From: the human T2T-CHM13v2.0 reference genome, Homo sapiens
Reading direction: 5' to 3' (one strand)
Length of the DNA stretch: 64,000 nucleotides
Assembly (NCBI RefSeq): GCF_009914755.1
Contig: NC_060927.1
The notes beneath the pieces are model-generated. The model ran no database searches. It had not been told where the DNA came from and was given only the letters and a program-made list of their open reading frames with translations. A program made the translations under genes and the position numbers. Each line of letters starts with the position of its first letter. Position 1 is the first letter of the stretch. Below, piece after piece: positions 53,061-64,000 of the stretch.

Positions 53061-54687
53061 GCCTTTGGATCATAATCCTGGAAGACACAATTTCAAATGC
53101 CATAATCCTGAATGATGAAATTCCAAAAGTTTAAATCCTGAAAGATCAAAATTCCTAATGTCTAAAATTGTGAAATTCACAACCCCAAAAGATTAAAATC
53201 CCGAATGTTGAAATCCGGAAAGCCAAAGTCTGGGGAAGGGATTAGTGCATTTTCAGTTGTATGCAGGATAGTTACGTCATGTTAGGCAAAACTATTATCT
53301 TGTTATTGTCTTTATTTGCATTTGGTGGAAAAGTCAAATGAGTGGATTAGCCACTGCATACAGCAACAAAGAAAACTTCAGTTTAAAAATGCATCATATA
53401 CCTTCCTACTTATGACATTTCAGGAGGTTTTAATGAATTAAAGCTGAATTTGCCTGAAGAAGCCAGTAAAGCTTACTGACTGTTTCAAAAATTACTATGT
53501 GCACAGTAGGATAAGAAGATGTAATGTTCACAATGGCATTGCTGTTCGATCACCAGCATTGTTTCTGCCAAACTTGTGTTCTGTATATGAGGGCATGTGA
53601 AATGGATTTCTGTAAACCCTAAACAACACAGAAGCATGGCACAGAAGGTAGAAAGCTTTAATAGGAAATGCTCATATCAGTATACATAGAATCATAGAAG
53701 AATTTCATAAAGAGCAGTGCCACATTGGAAATGAATCTAAACATATTATCTGAAGAGAGTCATGCCCTAAAAGAAAAACGCAACTATTCATTGTGATGAA
53801 AGACTTCAAAATATAGTTAATGACCGTGAAAGTCTGCCAGTTCTTAGGGATTATCTCTGTGCAATTGCCCACAATCTATCCTTGTAATAATATACTTTTT
53901 CATATGTCAAATTTTATTTTTGGTTTTGTTTCTTAGTTTTATTTTTTACTATTTTAAATTGTATTATTTTTTACAACTTACTATGCATTTCATCTTTGTA
54001 TCATTTTCAATACTGGAGGTGTAAATGGCGTAGGAACTTTTGGAGAGTTCTAATACTTTTTATGCATTTTCAAATTTGATTCCATGAAGTACATTATCAC
54101 AATGTGGACTGTATTTAAACATTATGCATATACATAAAAATGCTGAAACTTCCTCAATAAATAAAGAGATATCCTTTCTGTACATCTACATTGTGAAAGA
54201 TAGAATTTCTCAAGATCTTAGCTCTTTGGGGGATGGTGTAAATGGTGGTTTTGATTGGTCCCATCAAAAGACTTAGGTGGTTTGTCATGGTGTTTCAGAT
54301 GACCTCAGTTATAAAGCTAGGTGCACACAATTACCAACCACAGTGATATGTGTTTATACATTTCCCTTTTTGACCTCTTTATGAACACAGTATATCTGCT
54401 CATAACTGTTATACCCATGTGACTGTTGTTAGAATATCTGAGTGTTTATACTCACAAACATATGTATATTATTGCTTATTTTATCGTATAAAGTGGCCTA
54501 TGAAGTATTCATTCATGTTTTTATGTTTCTTAGATAAATCCTCCTTTAAAAATGTAAATAAATATTTTAGATAATTTTAAAATTATTTTTTCTAGAATTA
54601 CATTTTGGGGATTTTGATCTCTTGGGATTTCAACATTCAGGATTCTAGTGATAGGGCTTGTACCTTTCTGGATTATGATTGGCTCTC
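53061..54687 (+). mobile_element. Ricksha-type MULE/MuDR DNA transposon
   Basis: About 75-bp terminal inverted repeats (ggatcataatcc..gacacaat..aatcctgaatgatgaaattcc vs gggatttcaacattcaggatt..ggattatgatt) built from aatccc-type subrepeats; internal transposase remnant. Confidence 0.85.
53316..53887 (+). pseudogene. Disrupted MULE-family transposase C-terminal fragment
   Basis: From 53529 it reads HNGIAVRSPALFLPNLCSVYEGM*NGFL*TLNNTEAWHRR*KALIGNAHISIHRIIEEFHKEQ; the TxNxxExWH motif surrounds the MULE catalytic Glu; multiple stops and frameshifts. Confidence 0.75.
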
Positions 54688-54840
54688 CATTGGCTCTCTT
54701 GCTCTCAGGCCTTGGAACTACATCAAGAGCTTACCTGGGTCTCCAGCTTTCAGGTGGCAGAATGTGGGACTTCTCTGCCTCCATAACTGCAGGAGCCAAT
54801 AATTTATAGTAATCTCTTTTATCTGTCTTTCTATCAAACA

Positions 54841-54850
54841 TCTATCTATC

Positions 54851-54894
<44 letters not shown>
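54841..54894. repeat. (ATCT)n tetranucleotide STR within MLT2
   Basis: (ATCT)11 at 54851-54894 plus flanking imperfect units. Confidence 0.95.
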
Positions 54895-56394
54895 CCTATT
54901 GATTCTGTTTCTCTGGACAATCCTGACTAACATAGGCACCAACAAAAATATTTCTGCAGGGTAAGGCCCTAAGGCCTAAGAGGAATTTCCTGTTGCTTGG
55001 GCTAAAAATTAATCTGGGATCTATTACCAAAGCTATATGGTTGGTGGACTTTTTTGAATCACTCTGTGAAGTCCCACACCAAAATCCTGGACATCTAATC
55101 TGTTAGTAAGATTATCTATTTTAGGCCAAATGTATATAGGCAGCAAAAAGATGCAAGTCCAAATGAGAGAGAGAAAATTAGCCTAATGTCTTGAGCAGAC
55201 ATATTATGGGCCATTTGATCAAATCTTTCTTGGCCAAGCCAGTAGTTCTGGAGCCTATTTTCCTTGCCATTGGAATCAGTTAGGTTTTCCTGGTTCCAAG
55301 CAAAATAACTTGCTAACAAGCAAAATGAACAAAAAGAAGGGGAAATTATTCTTGGTTAGGCCAGAACAATAGATATTCATCATTATAACAGTTTCCATGT
55401 GGGGGTTCCCTTCTGGCATTTCTTGGGAAAATTATATATTTTTTCTGAATCCCACATCCTGAGAAAAATGGGTTTTAGAAATCAGAAAAATGGGGAGGGG
55501 GAAGTATTGCAATTCTCCTGTGAGAATAAAAGATTAACATTCAACTTAGAGATGTTACTTCTCAAAGGAATGCAGTAATGTCAAGAAGAAAGCAAGAGCA
55601 GGAAAAGCTGGTGTGCAGATTTGAAGGTCAAAGTCAACATTTCCAGTAACTGGGACAGGGGAAAGAAGGGGAGAAACAATCACTGTCTCACCACTTTTGC
55701 TTGTAGCTATGGCCATGTAATAAATACAAGTTCTGACGCTGTCTGTCACTAATGGTAAATTCTTACAATTAAAGTGAATGTTAAGGTTCTTCACATGTTA
55801 TCCTCTCTACTAAACCTATGGGTGGTGTTCCAAGAAATAAAAAATTTTGAAAGCAAAATAAGTTCTTCAATTGATCTTTACGCATGGTTCTGTGTAGAGC
55901 TGTTAATCTTAAAAGATTAGAATGTTACATCATTTAAAAGCCACCCAATAATGTTCACATTTTCTAGTTCTTATATATTCAATCTAGGCTACAGTTCTTT
56001 GTAAATAGTCTTACTAAACCTGCCTATCTTACTTATTGAACAATTTTTTGATCTTCCTAATAAACTAGTACATAAGGAATATGGGAAGTATTTTAATCAC
56101 AATTTATGATTTGGGGTATTCTGGAGAATTCTGATTTTATTTCTAAATCCCTAACATTAGTATCTGTTTGGAGTTTGGAAACTACACCAGCCACAGGGAT
56201 GAGAGAGTGTTCAAAGAAAAAGCAAGGGAGGGAAACAAGGAGAAGGAGAGCTGGCTGAGTCTTCTTAAGAGGGAGAGCAGGTCTTACACTGTCATCCCTG
56301 AGAAGCAGAGAGAGAGAGAGAGACCCTTATGAAGGAAAACCAAAGGACAGGCAGAGCAGGCCCCTCTTTTAGGGAGATGTGAGGGAGGAATAGG

Positions 56395-56396
<2 letters not shown>

Positions 56397-56442
<46 letters not shown>

Positions 56443-56498
56443 CAGAGAGAGAGAGGAGACAGAGAGAGACAGAGAGAGAGAGAGAGAGACAGAGAGAG
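56397..56498. repeat. Compound (GT)20 plus (GA)-rich microsatellite
   Basis: Direct reading of the sequence. Confidence 0.95.
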
Positions 56499-59400
56499 GC
56501 AGGCGAGGGTAGGAGGAAAGGAAGAAAGCAGAAATAAGTTCTTTCTAAGGGGCCAAGGAAACCCATGAGAAATTCAACTTTTTTTAGTATTTAAGATTAG
56601 ATAATTGTCTAAATGTGGCTGTGAGAGCTCAGTCTGGGCTGAGCAGGCAAGGACCAGGTGGACCCGAGGAGGACTCCTCTACCCTCATTGGGAGGGGATG
56701 CACCTGCACATGGTTTCTAATGGGGTTGGGGTATCCCTTCTGTCAAGGAGTAGCTGTAAGTCCTGTTTGGCCTCAAGGTCTCCAGAACCTTGAGGTGGAC
56801 CAGCTGGTGTTCCCATACAATTGCTACAAACAGTGGGAATATATTATAGAATTTGTCCCCCAAACTCCACTGGAGATCCAAAAGGACTCACCTACTAGGA
56901 TAAGGACGAGCTGAAAGTGTTTTAGAAAGAGATGGGTTTTATCAACGACTTGGATAACAATACAGAAGACATGCTTAACACTAACTGTACAAGTATAAGA
57001 AGTGAAGAGACTTCAAGGTTTAGACTGAGAGGAGACTCACTGCGAATAAATAATAGACAGGGCTGCAAAAAATCTAATGTGACCTGTGGTGAACAAACAA
57101 TAGTATTTCTTGTGAGCATCAAATAAGATACTACATGTGGTGTCAGGAATGCACTAAGTGCTCAAAAAGTGTTAACTACCATTAATGCTGTGGTTCCTGT
57201 TTGCTATTGTTAACATGAGGGTGAAAAGAAGGGAGAAGAATGGTTACTGCTCCAGGGCCTGTGGCCTTGCTCTGCCCTCCTGTTTCCTGTCTTTTCTTCT
57301 ACACTCTCCCTTAACACTACTTCAGCATTGCTGGGGCTGGTCAAAATGGAGTTAGGAACTGAGGGGAGATGGGGACTAAGATCAGTAGTCAACCTTAAAT
57401 TCCTCATACCTACTAGGCCCATGTCAGGAGCTTTCTGTGGGTCATGTGACTGAATCCTCACAACATCTCCAAAAGTTAGAAATTATGGCTTCCTCATTTT
57501 CCAGACAACAAACCAAGGCTCAGAAAGTGACTCTTCCAATGTTACACAGCTAAGAGGAGGCAGAACTGGCATTTAAAGCTACACCCTTTCACTTTTCTTC
57601 ATGACTTTCTCTATGTGACTAGAGACCACATTGTAGCAGCTGCAATTTTCTGGGTCTGCAGCAGGGATGGTGGGGTTTGGGGGTGGAAATGTGGGGGTGT
57701 GTGGAGGGTTCTGGGGGATTCTGGATTGGGGGAGGAGAAGAAAGAGGATTCAACAGACATAAGTATATGTCTATGTTGTATCTCCAACCAATTCAAAATG
57801 TCTGTTCCCCTAAGAGTGGCTCAACAATAGTATCTTTGCTTTTTGGTTCCAGAAAAATGGTTGGGTTTTAGACTTCTAAATTTGCCCGCAGCCCCTGATG
57901 GGTCAGATGAAACACTGCCAATTTGAAGTGGCTGTACAAGGAAAATTGAGATGTGAGAGTCATTGGTAAGTTTTTTTTTCCTTTCACCTCAAAGCTCTCA
58001 TATTCAATTTAGGATAAAAAAAAAATTACAGGATGAAAAAAAGCTCTCCCTTTGGAGATAAAAATAGCACACGCTGCATCACTTCTAAGAGCAAGCCAGC
58101 AGCTGGAACGAATTATTTATATCTTATCTCTGGCCCTTTTCTATGTTTGTTGGTCACCTTTCTGTTTAATTACTGTTGCCATTATGATTTAAAGCTGTCA
58201 CATTTATGGCATTCATTATTTCAGTAGCACCTGCTTGTATGGATTCTTTTTCTCAGCTTTAAAGTTTAGCCAAGTCATACCAAATAGGAGTTTTAGAAGC
58301 TCATCACCCGCTTCTGAACACTTTACCCCGAAAACAATAGCTATAATTTTAGAAGAAAAAGATCCTGACTAGTCAATAACTTTACTTGCAAAATTTTCAC
58401 AAATTATCTTGTTCTGTATTCAGCTACCCGTTCCCAAAACCATGTAGAAAAATAATTAAGTTTGAGGTGTCTATCTTTGTTTTCTCTTCTCTTCTATTTG
58501 AAAGTAAATAATATTTTAGGGGGCATGGGGAAGAACATATATTTAACATGTGATTTTTTTTTTCACTTACAGAAAGATTTTCTGGTACCCAGTAGACTTG
58601 GGATAGGCAGAAACCTTACTATTAACTAAAATTTGAGAACTCTTTAGTTTGGTAACTTTGAAGTGGTTCTTTGTTGTGATTTGAATCCTAGGATGGGAGC
58701 AAAAACTGTCAACAACCTTGGAGAATTAGTAACCTTTTCCTGCATTTGTTCTTCACCAATATAAGAAATTGCTCTCTTCAGCATAGGGACTAGTGGAGCT
58801 TACTTAAAAAAAATAAGGACAGGGTGATGTTTCTCTTCCTTTGAACTATCTTATCCTTGGGAAGAAGGAATAACTTCTAAACAGAACTTTGTCCCCCTAT
58901 CCATGGTGATTGAAAATTAATGATGCTGAGGAGAAAACAGGCAAGGAGGGATGACAAAATATCGAAGGGGGATTTGGGAAAGGCCTGTTTCCCACCATCC
59001 ACACATTCAGATTAGAAGGCTGACAATTATTTATGAGGTGGTCATGAATTATTAGCTATAGAGTGATGGCTTTGCTAGTGATAGTATTTTCTTAGCACTT
59101 TGTTTATTTTAGCAAACATTTGCTTCCCACACTACATTAAGAGTGAACATTTAAAAGAACTGTACCAAAATATTTTTGTCAGTGTGTTTGTCATTGAGAA
59201 TTTGAGAGGAAACAGAAAGCTTTGTCTTCATGCAGTGAAAGCTCTCACTTGTAGCCTAGACAAAGCCAGAGAGGTAGGGCCGGATTCGTATCTGCACTTG
59301 TGTGGGGCAGAATGGGGGGTTCTGATTGGCAGGGGCCCTAGCCCTGTGAGAACCTGGTTGTTAGGAACATATCAGGACAGAGAAGCTCGTCACTTTTCTG

Positions 59401-60469
59401 GGCTGTTCAAGTTCAAATTACCTTTGGGGAGCGGAACGCCAGTCTCACTGATTGGAGAGTGGAATCTTTCAGGCAGAGTGAGTCTCATGAGGTCAACCTG
59501 GCCAGCATCCTGCTTTTGGGCAGGATATACATAAAGGACACCAGAAAAGTGACCGTCCTATGGCAGATATCCCTCAAAAAGGCATATTCAACTTTAATGA
59601 AGTAACAGTTCAGGGCTGAACTTACATTGAAATTGACAAATGTAATTTTGAATCTCTCATTAAGGCTGTCCAATTTTTGAGTTAGACATAAAAGAATGCT
59701 GCAATTGCAGACTTCCTGCTCATAATGTAAAAACTAAAAATTATACATTTCTGATTTATATTTTACCTTTTTGATACAAAATTCAATGACCTAGCTCCAT
59801 AACACACATTTTAAACTTTTGTTCCTTTCCTTCTTAATTGACCACCTAAGAGTAAAATTAATCCTTCTGGGGTTAGAAGTAGTTCACATTTGGCATGCCT
59901 AATAACTTCTTTCAAACTTATGGTTTTCATTAATTTTCAACACACTCAATCATTAGAATCAGTACTCTTGCTTTCCAATTTGTACTCATTTAAAAATAAA
60001 AGCATAAAAGCTAAATTCAATATGTTGGTTGTACAGTTTGAGGATCACCTGCAGACAATAACGCCCTTTATTTACAGAGTAGTTTACTTTTCTCTGAGCA
60101 TTTCAGATAGTCTTGCAAAAGCACTAGTTTCTCTGAGAATACACATTTGAAAGAACAGCCATCTATCAAAGGACAAAATGAGGTTATTAAAATGGCTTTG
60201 TTAACTGCAATGATTGTGGCATCAGAAACTAGGGCTTGAATTTCTTTTTTGAAAGTGGAGAAAATTAATTTTCTTTGAATGCAATGTTTGCCCGATTTAG
60301 GAACAGCTGCTCCATTTCCAACTTTCTAATCTTTTCTTTATAGAACTAAATAACCTGATGACAAGTTTTACACTTAAAAGTTCTCAGGAGATAATTCCTT
60401 GTCTTGTAAATTTTGATACAACAGCAAAATAGGCTAAACACAATAGAAAAGGCATGTGAAGAAATGTTC

Positions 60470-60700
60470 CATAATGGTCATTAGTGTGGGCTCTGACATT
60501 GGGCAGGCCTGAATTGTGCCCTGGCACTGCCACTTACTAGCTATGAGACTTTGGGGAAAGCCACGACAAGTTTGTACCTCACTTTCTTTACCTGTAAAAT
60601 GGGAGATAGCAGTACTTGTTCATAATCGCTGGGTGAATTAAATAATAGGAGGCATGAAAATATTTTAGAATAGGGCCTGGCTTAAAAATATATTAACATT
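60470..60700 (+). mobile_element. MIR
   Basis: ctgccacttactagctatgagactttggg...cctgtaaaatgggagatagcagtac. Confidence 0.75.
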
Positions 60701-61049
60701 TTGTTGTATTCACATATTAATAATTACTATTATTTTCCCTATAGCAATCATTATTCTTTTACTCATCTACCACTAACCTTTATTTATTATTTTACCGGTA
60801 TGCTGACTACTTTCCAAATAATTTTAGTCAGTTTAAAGGAAAACCAGAGGTATAGTAAGACCCAAACCAACTAATATAAAAGACAAAAATCTGAAAGAGA
60901 AATGGACCAATTCTGATGAGAATTCCTGGTTGAAGAAAGACACAGTAATGAACATACAACTTAGCTCTGAGAATCTTACTAACCAGGGCAAAGAGGGAAA
61001 CACAAAGGATTCAACAATTGAGTAGATTGTCATCTAGATGAAAATATTC

Positions 61050-61490
61050 CAGTTTGTTTTAATTATCAATAGCAGCATAACAAGCTACCCCAGAACCTGT
61101 GGTTTAAACTATAATGATTTATATTTTTTCAGGGTTCTGTGGGTTGGCTGAATGATTGTTCTGCTGATCTTGCTTGGGGTCACACATGTGACTTGGGATC
61201 ATATGTGTAGTTGACGGATCACTGGAGGCTGTGATCAGCAGGGGATGTTTATCACAATATTTTATTTCATCTCCATGTGGTGAACTTGAACTTCCTAGTA
61301 GCATGGCAGTCTCAAGTTAGCCTTGCAAGAGGGAGAATTCCGACAGGATAATCCTTAATATACAAGTGCTTATTGAGTCTCTGCTCGTGTGATGTGTCTC
61401 ATGATAAAATCAAATCATATGACTAATTTCAGAGTAACCCAAAGTTGGAACGCCAGAAGTCATGGTTTATGCGGTCCACAGTCTACCACA
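61050..61490 (-). mobile_element. Old MLT1-type LTR
   Basis: gcataacaagctaccccagaacctgtggtttaaac...ttctgtgggttggctg...cttcctagtagcatggcagtctca. Confidence 0.6.
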
Positions 61491-61545
61491 GTTTCTTAGG
61501 ACAGGCCGAATTAGAAATAATCTGGAACTCATTAGCCCCTATAAC

Positions 61546-61848
61546 TTTTTTTTTTTTTTTTTTTTTGAGCTGGAGTCTCGCTCTGTTGCCCAGGCTGGAG
61601 TGCAGTGGTGCGATCCCGGCTTACTGCAACCTCTGCCTCCCAGGTTCAAGAAGTTCTCCTGCCTCAGCCTCTTGAGTAGCTAGGATTACAGTCATGTGCC
61701 ACCATGCCCAGCTACTTTTTGTATTTTTAGTAGAGACGGGGTTTCGCCATGTTTGCCAGGCTGGTCTCGAACTCCTGACCTCAGGTGATCCACCCGCCTC
61801 AGCCTCCCAAAGTGCTGAGATTACAGGCATGAGCCACTGCACCCAGAC
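61546..61848 (-). mobile_element. AluSx/Sq-like
   Basis: gaactcctgacctcaggtgatccacccgcc; poly(T) at 61546. Confidence 0.94.
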
Positions 61849-62879
61849 CCCATAACCATTTTTAATATTTGCTTTGTATAAACAGCTGTCTTCATGCTTT
61901 ATATGCTTTTAATTATTAAATCTTGCTTCTCTGTGTTACATTCTTCTTCCCTTTACCCCCTCCATAGTGAGACCACCAGTCTATGGCTTATCAGCCTCTA
62001 TCAGCCAGAAGCTACAAAGATTTTGTTAGCCTTCTGTCTCCAGCAGCCCTGAAACAATTTTCTCTACTTTTTTGCTGATGACCCTCCATACCTTCTTTAC
62101 TAAAACCGAAGTCCAGCAGTAGTCCTGTGCATGCTGTCGATGGATGCAAACACTTCAGCAAATCTTGAGCTGTGATGAATCACCATTCATGTAGTTGTAG
62201 GAGGTGTGAATTAGACCAACTGGAGAAACATTCAAAGTACAGATTCCTGGGCCTATTATAGCCTTACAGAGAGGTCATATGGGACATTCTATAAGCACAA
62301 ATAAGGATTGCCCTCTGAATTATACTCTCTTGCCCTTCTTTTGCCTTCTAACATTCATTTTTCTTTTAGCATTTCATGTATCCTTGGCCTACTTTACCTC
62401 TGAGTACATAAGTATGGGCAAGAGAGCGGGAGCAACAACCAAACTGCCTTGGATACAATTCTTTCCATCTCTTTTGATCACGGTGTGACTTTGGATAAAT
62501 CATGTTGCCTCTCTGAGCTTGCTTCATCATTGGTTAAATGGAAATAATACTTCCTACCTTATATTATTTTCATAAAAACTAAATGTGACAATACAGGTAA
62601 AGTGTGGTGCCTAAAACAGTACGAATTCTATTATCGCTATGATTGTACTTTCTGTGATGCATAAGAATAAAGCCAGTGCAGAAGAAGGCAGAGTTGACAG
62701 GGAAGCTACTCAATCTCTGATGTCATTGTTTGAGCCTTTGAATCCAGCTGTGCCTGAAGCCTGTTCTCCTCGCTGAACTTCTCAGTTACTAGGGTTGATG
62801 GATTCCTTTTTTGGTTTAAGCCAGCTGGGGTTAGATGTCTGTCAATTATAACGGAGAAGTTCTGGCATATGTAGGACCA

Positions 62880-63055
62880 AACCTACTCTGTGTCAGTTTC
62901 ATCTGATGAATATGTTTTAAATGCAGATTCTTGATCCTACCATTAGAGATTCTGGTTTTGTTGGCTTGGAATGGGGCCCAGGAATATGTATTTTTAGGGT
63001 ACTCAAGATGCCTCAGATGTCACCAGCCTACACATCCACTTTAGGAAACTATTGC
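62880..63055. mobile_element. MER5-like fragment
   Basis: ttaaatgcagattcttg...agagattctg...tggggcccaggaatatgtattttta. Confidence 0.65.
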
Positions 63056-63211
63056 CTTAAATTAGGAGTCTTTTTATTTGGCAGTCCCTTCAGGACTTTG
63101 TAAGGTACCTTGTAAATAAAAGGACCATTAGCCTATTACATATTTGTTGAATTGAACACACATTTCAAGAATATGAGCAATGAGACTGCCCAAATTCCTT
63201 TTCCTTTCAAA

Positions 63212-63412
63212 GTTTATTTTTAATAGACAAATAACAGTTGTATAACTTTATGGGTTACAATGTGATGTTTCGATACGTGTATTCATTGTGGAATGACCAA
63301 AGTAGCCTAATTAGCATATTCATCACCTCAAATATTTATTTTTTCTTTGTTGAGAACATTCAAAATTATTATTATTATTTTTTAGCTATTTGGAACTACA
63401 CAATAATTATTC
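63212..63412 (-). mobile_element. L1MA 3' end fragment
   Basis: tttatgggttacaatgtgatgtttcgatac...ctaattagcatattcatcacctcaaat. Confidence 0.85.
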
Positions 63413-64000
63413 TTGACAGGAGGATTACATGAAGTTGGCAGGACAGCCAAAAAGAATCAGATTATCTCCAGAAATTTCTACGTACCTTTGGGTATGATTG
63501 CATCTTGCAGTAGCTACCTTGAATTAATGTAGTACAAGTTTTAAATGCCATTTAGTTTTCTCTTTCTAGCTTTAAAGTTTTTGTTATGACTCGTTCATCC
63601 TATGAGCCTGGACCTGTTTCCTGACATAATTGAATTCTGCACTTTATTGTTTGTTTCAAATTAAGACCTCTTTGCTACATATAAAGATTTCATGTTAGGG
63701 TTGCCCTTTATGATAAATTTTATTCCCACTGAATGATTGTTTAATAAAAATTTCAGTCTCATTCCAACCACATCAAGGGGTTCCCAGGGACCAGTTTCAT
63801 ATACTCAGGATCCTGATAAATGGAGTGGGAATCCTCTTTATTAAAGACAGGCTGTAAAAGGTGCTATTGATGAAAGTATTAACAGCATATGCTATCAAAA
63901 TGGGACAAAAATCAGAGTCCACTTGGAATAGAACTTTGCTTCATTTATTTGATGCTCACTTGGGTGATTTCATGCTCTTGGCCCCACAAATATTACAATT

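Larger units (their letters stand above)
52744..54934 (+). mobile_element. MLT2 (ERVL) solo LTR split by a Ricksha insertion (halves ~52744-53060 and ~54688-54934)
   Basis: tgtgatacttaatttttatatgccaa...; cctgggtctccagctt...gtgggacttctctgcctccataa...tctgtttctctggacaatcctgactaacata; TSD cgcac/ggcac. Confidence 0.85.

Noticed and set aside
53061-53225. Short aatccc/gaaa periodic repeats
   Set aside because: They are subterminal repeats of the Ricksha TIR and not an independent array.
59100-59534. 144-aa ORF in unique sequence
   Set aside because: It has a TTG start, no recognisable domain or codon bias, and a length compatible with chance.

Overview
This is non-coding human genomic DNA, intronic or intergenic. 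It is AT-rich and CpG-depleted and is dense in interspersed repeats: Alu, L1, L2, MIR, MaLR/ERV solo LTRs and hAT/MULE DNA transposon fossils. The human assignment rests on an AluYb8 at ~47.0-47.3 kb. I found no supportable protein-coding gene, RNA gene or CRISPR array. The listed ORFs are chance or repeat-derived, and the only recognisable coding remnants are dead L1 ORF2 pieces and a disrupted MULE-type transposase inside a Ricksha element. The most notable feature is a cluster of local inverted duplications in the first 22 kb that are not explained by paired transposons: 235-bp arms at 4.1-4.7 kb, ~142-bp arms at 11.0-11.9 kb, a near-perfect 47-bp-stem hairpin at 16.1-16.2 kb, and smaller fold-backs at 6.6 and 21.9 kb. 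They look like template-switch products and could yield dsRNA or pre-miRNA-like hairpins or invertible segments. I cannot show from sequence alone that they form a functional system. Repeat subfamily names come from recalled consensus similarity, and boundaries of old repeats are approximate.
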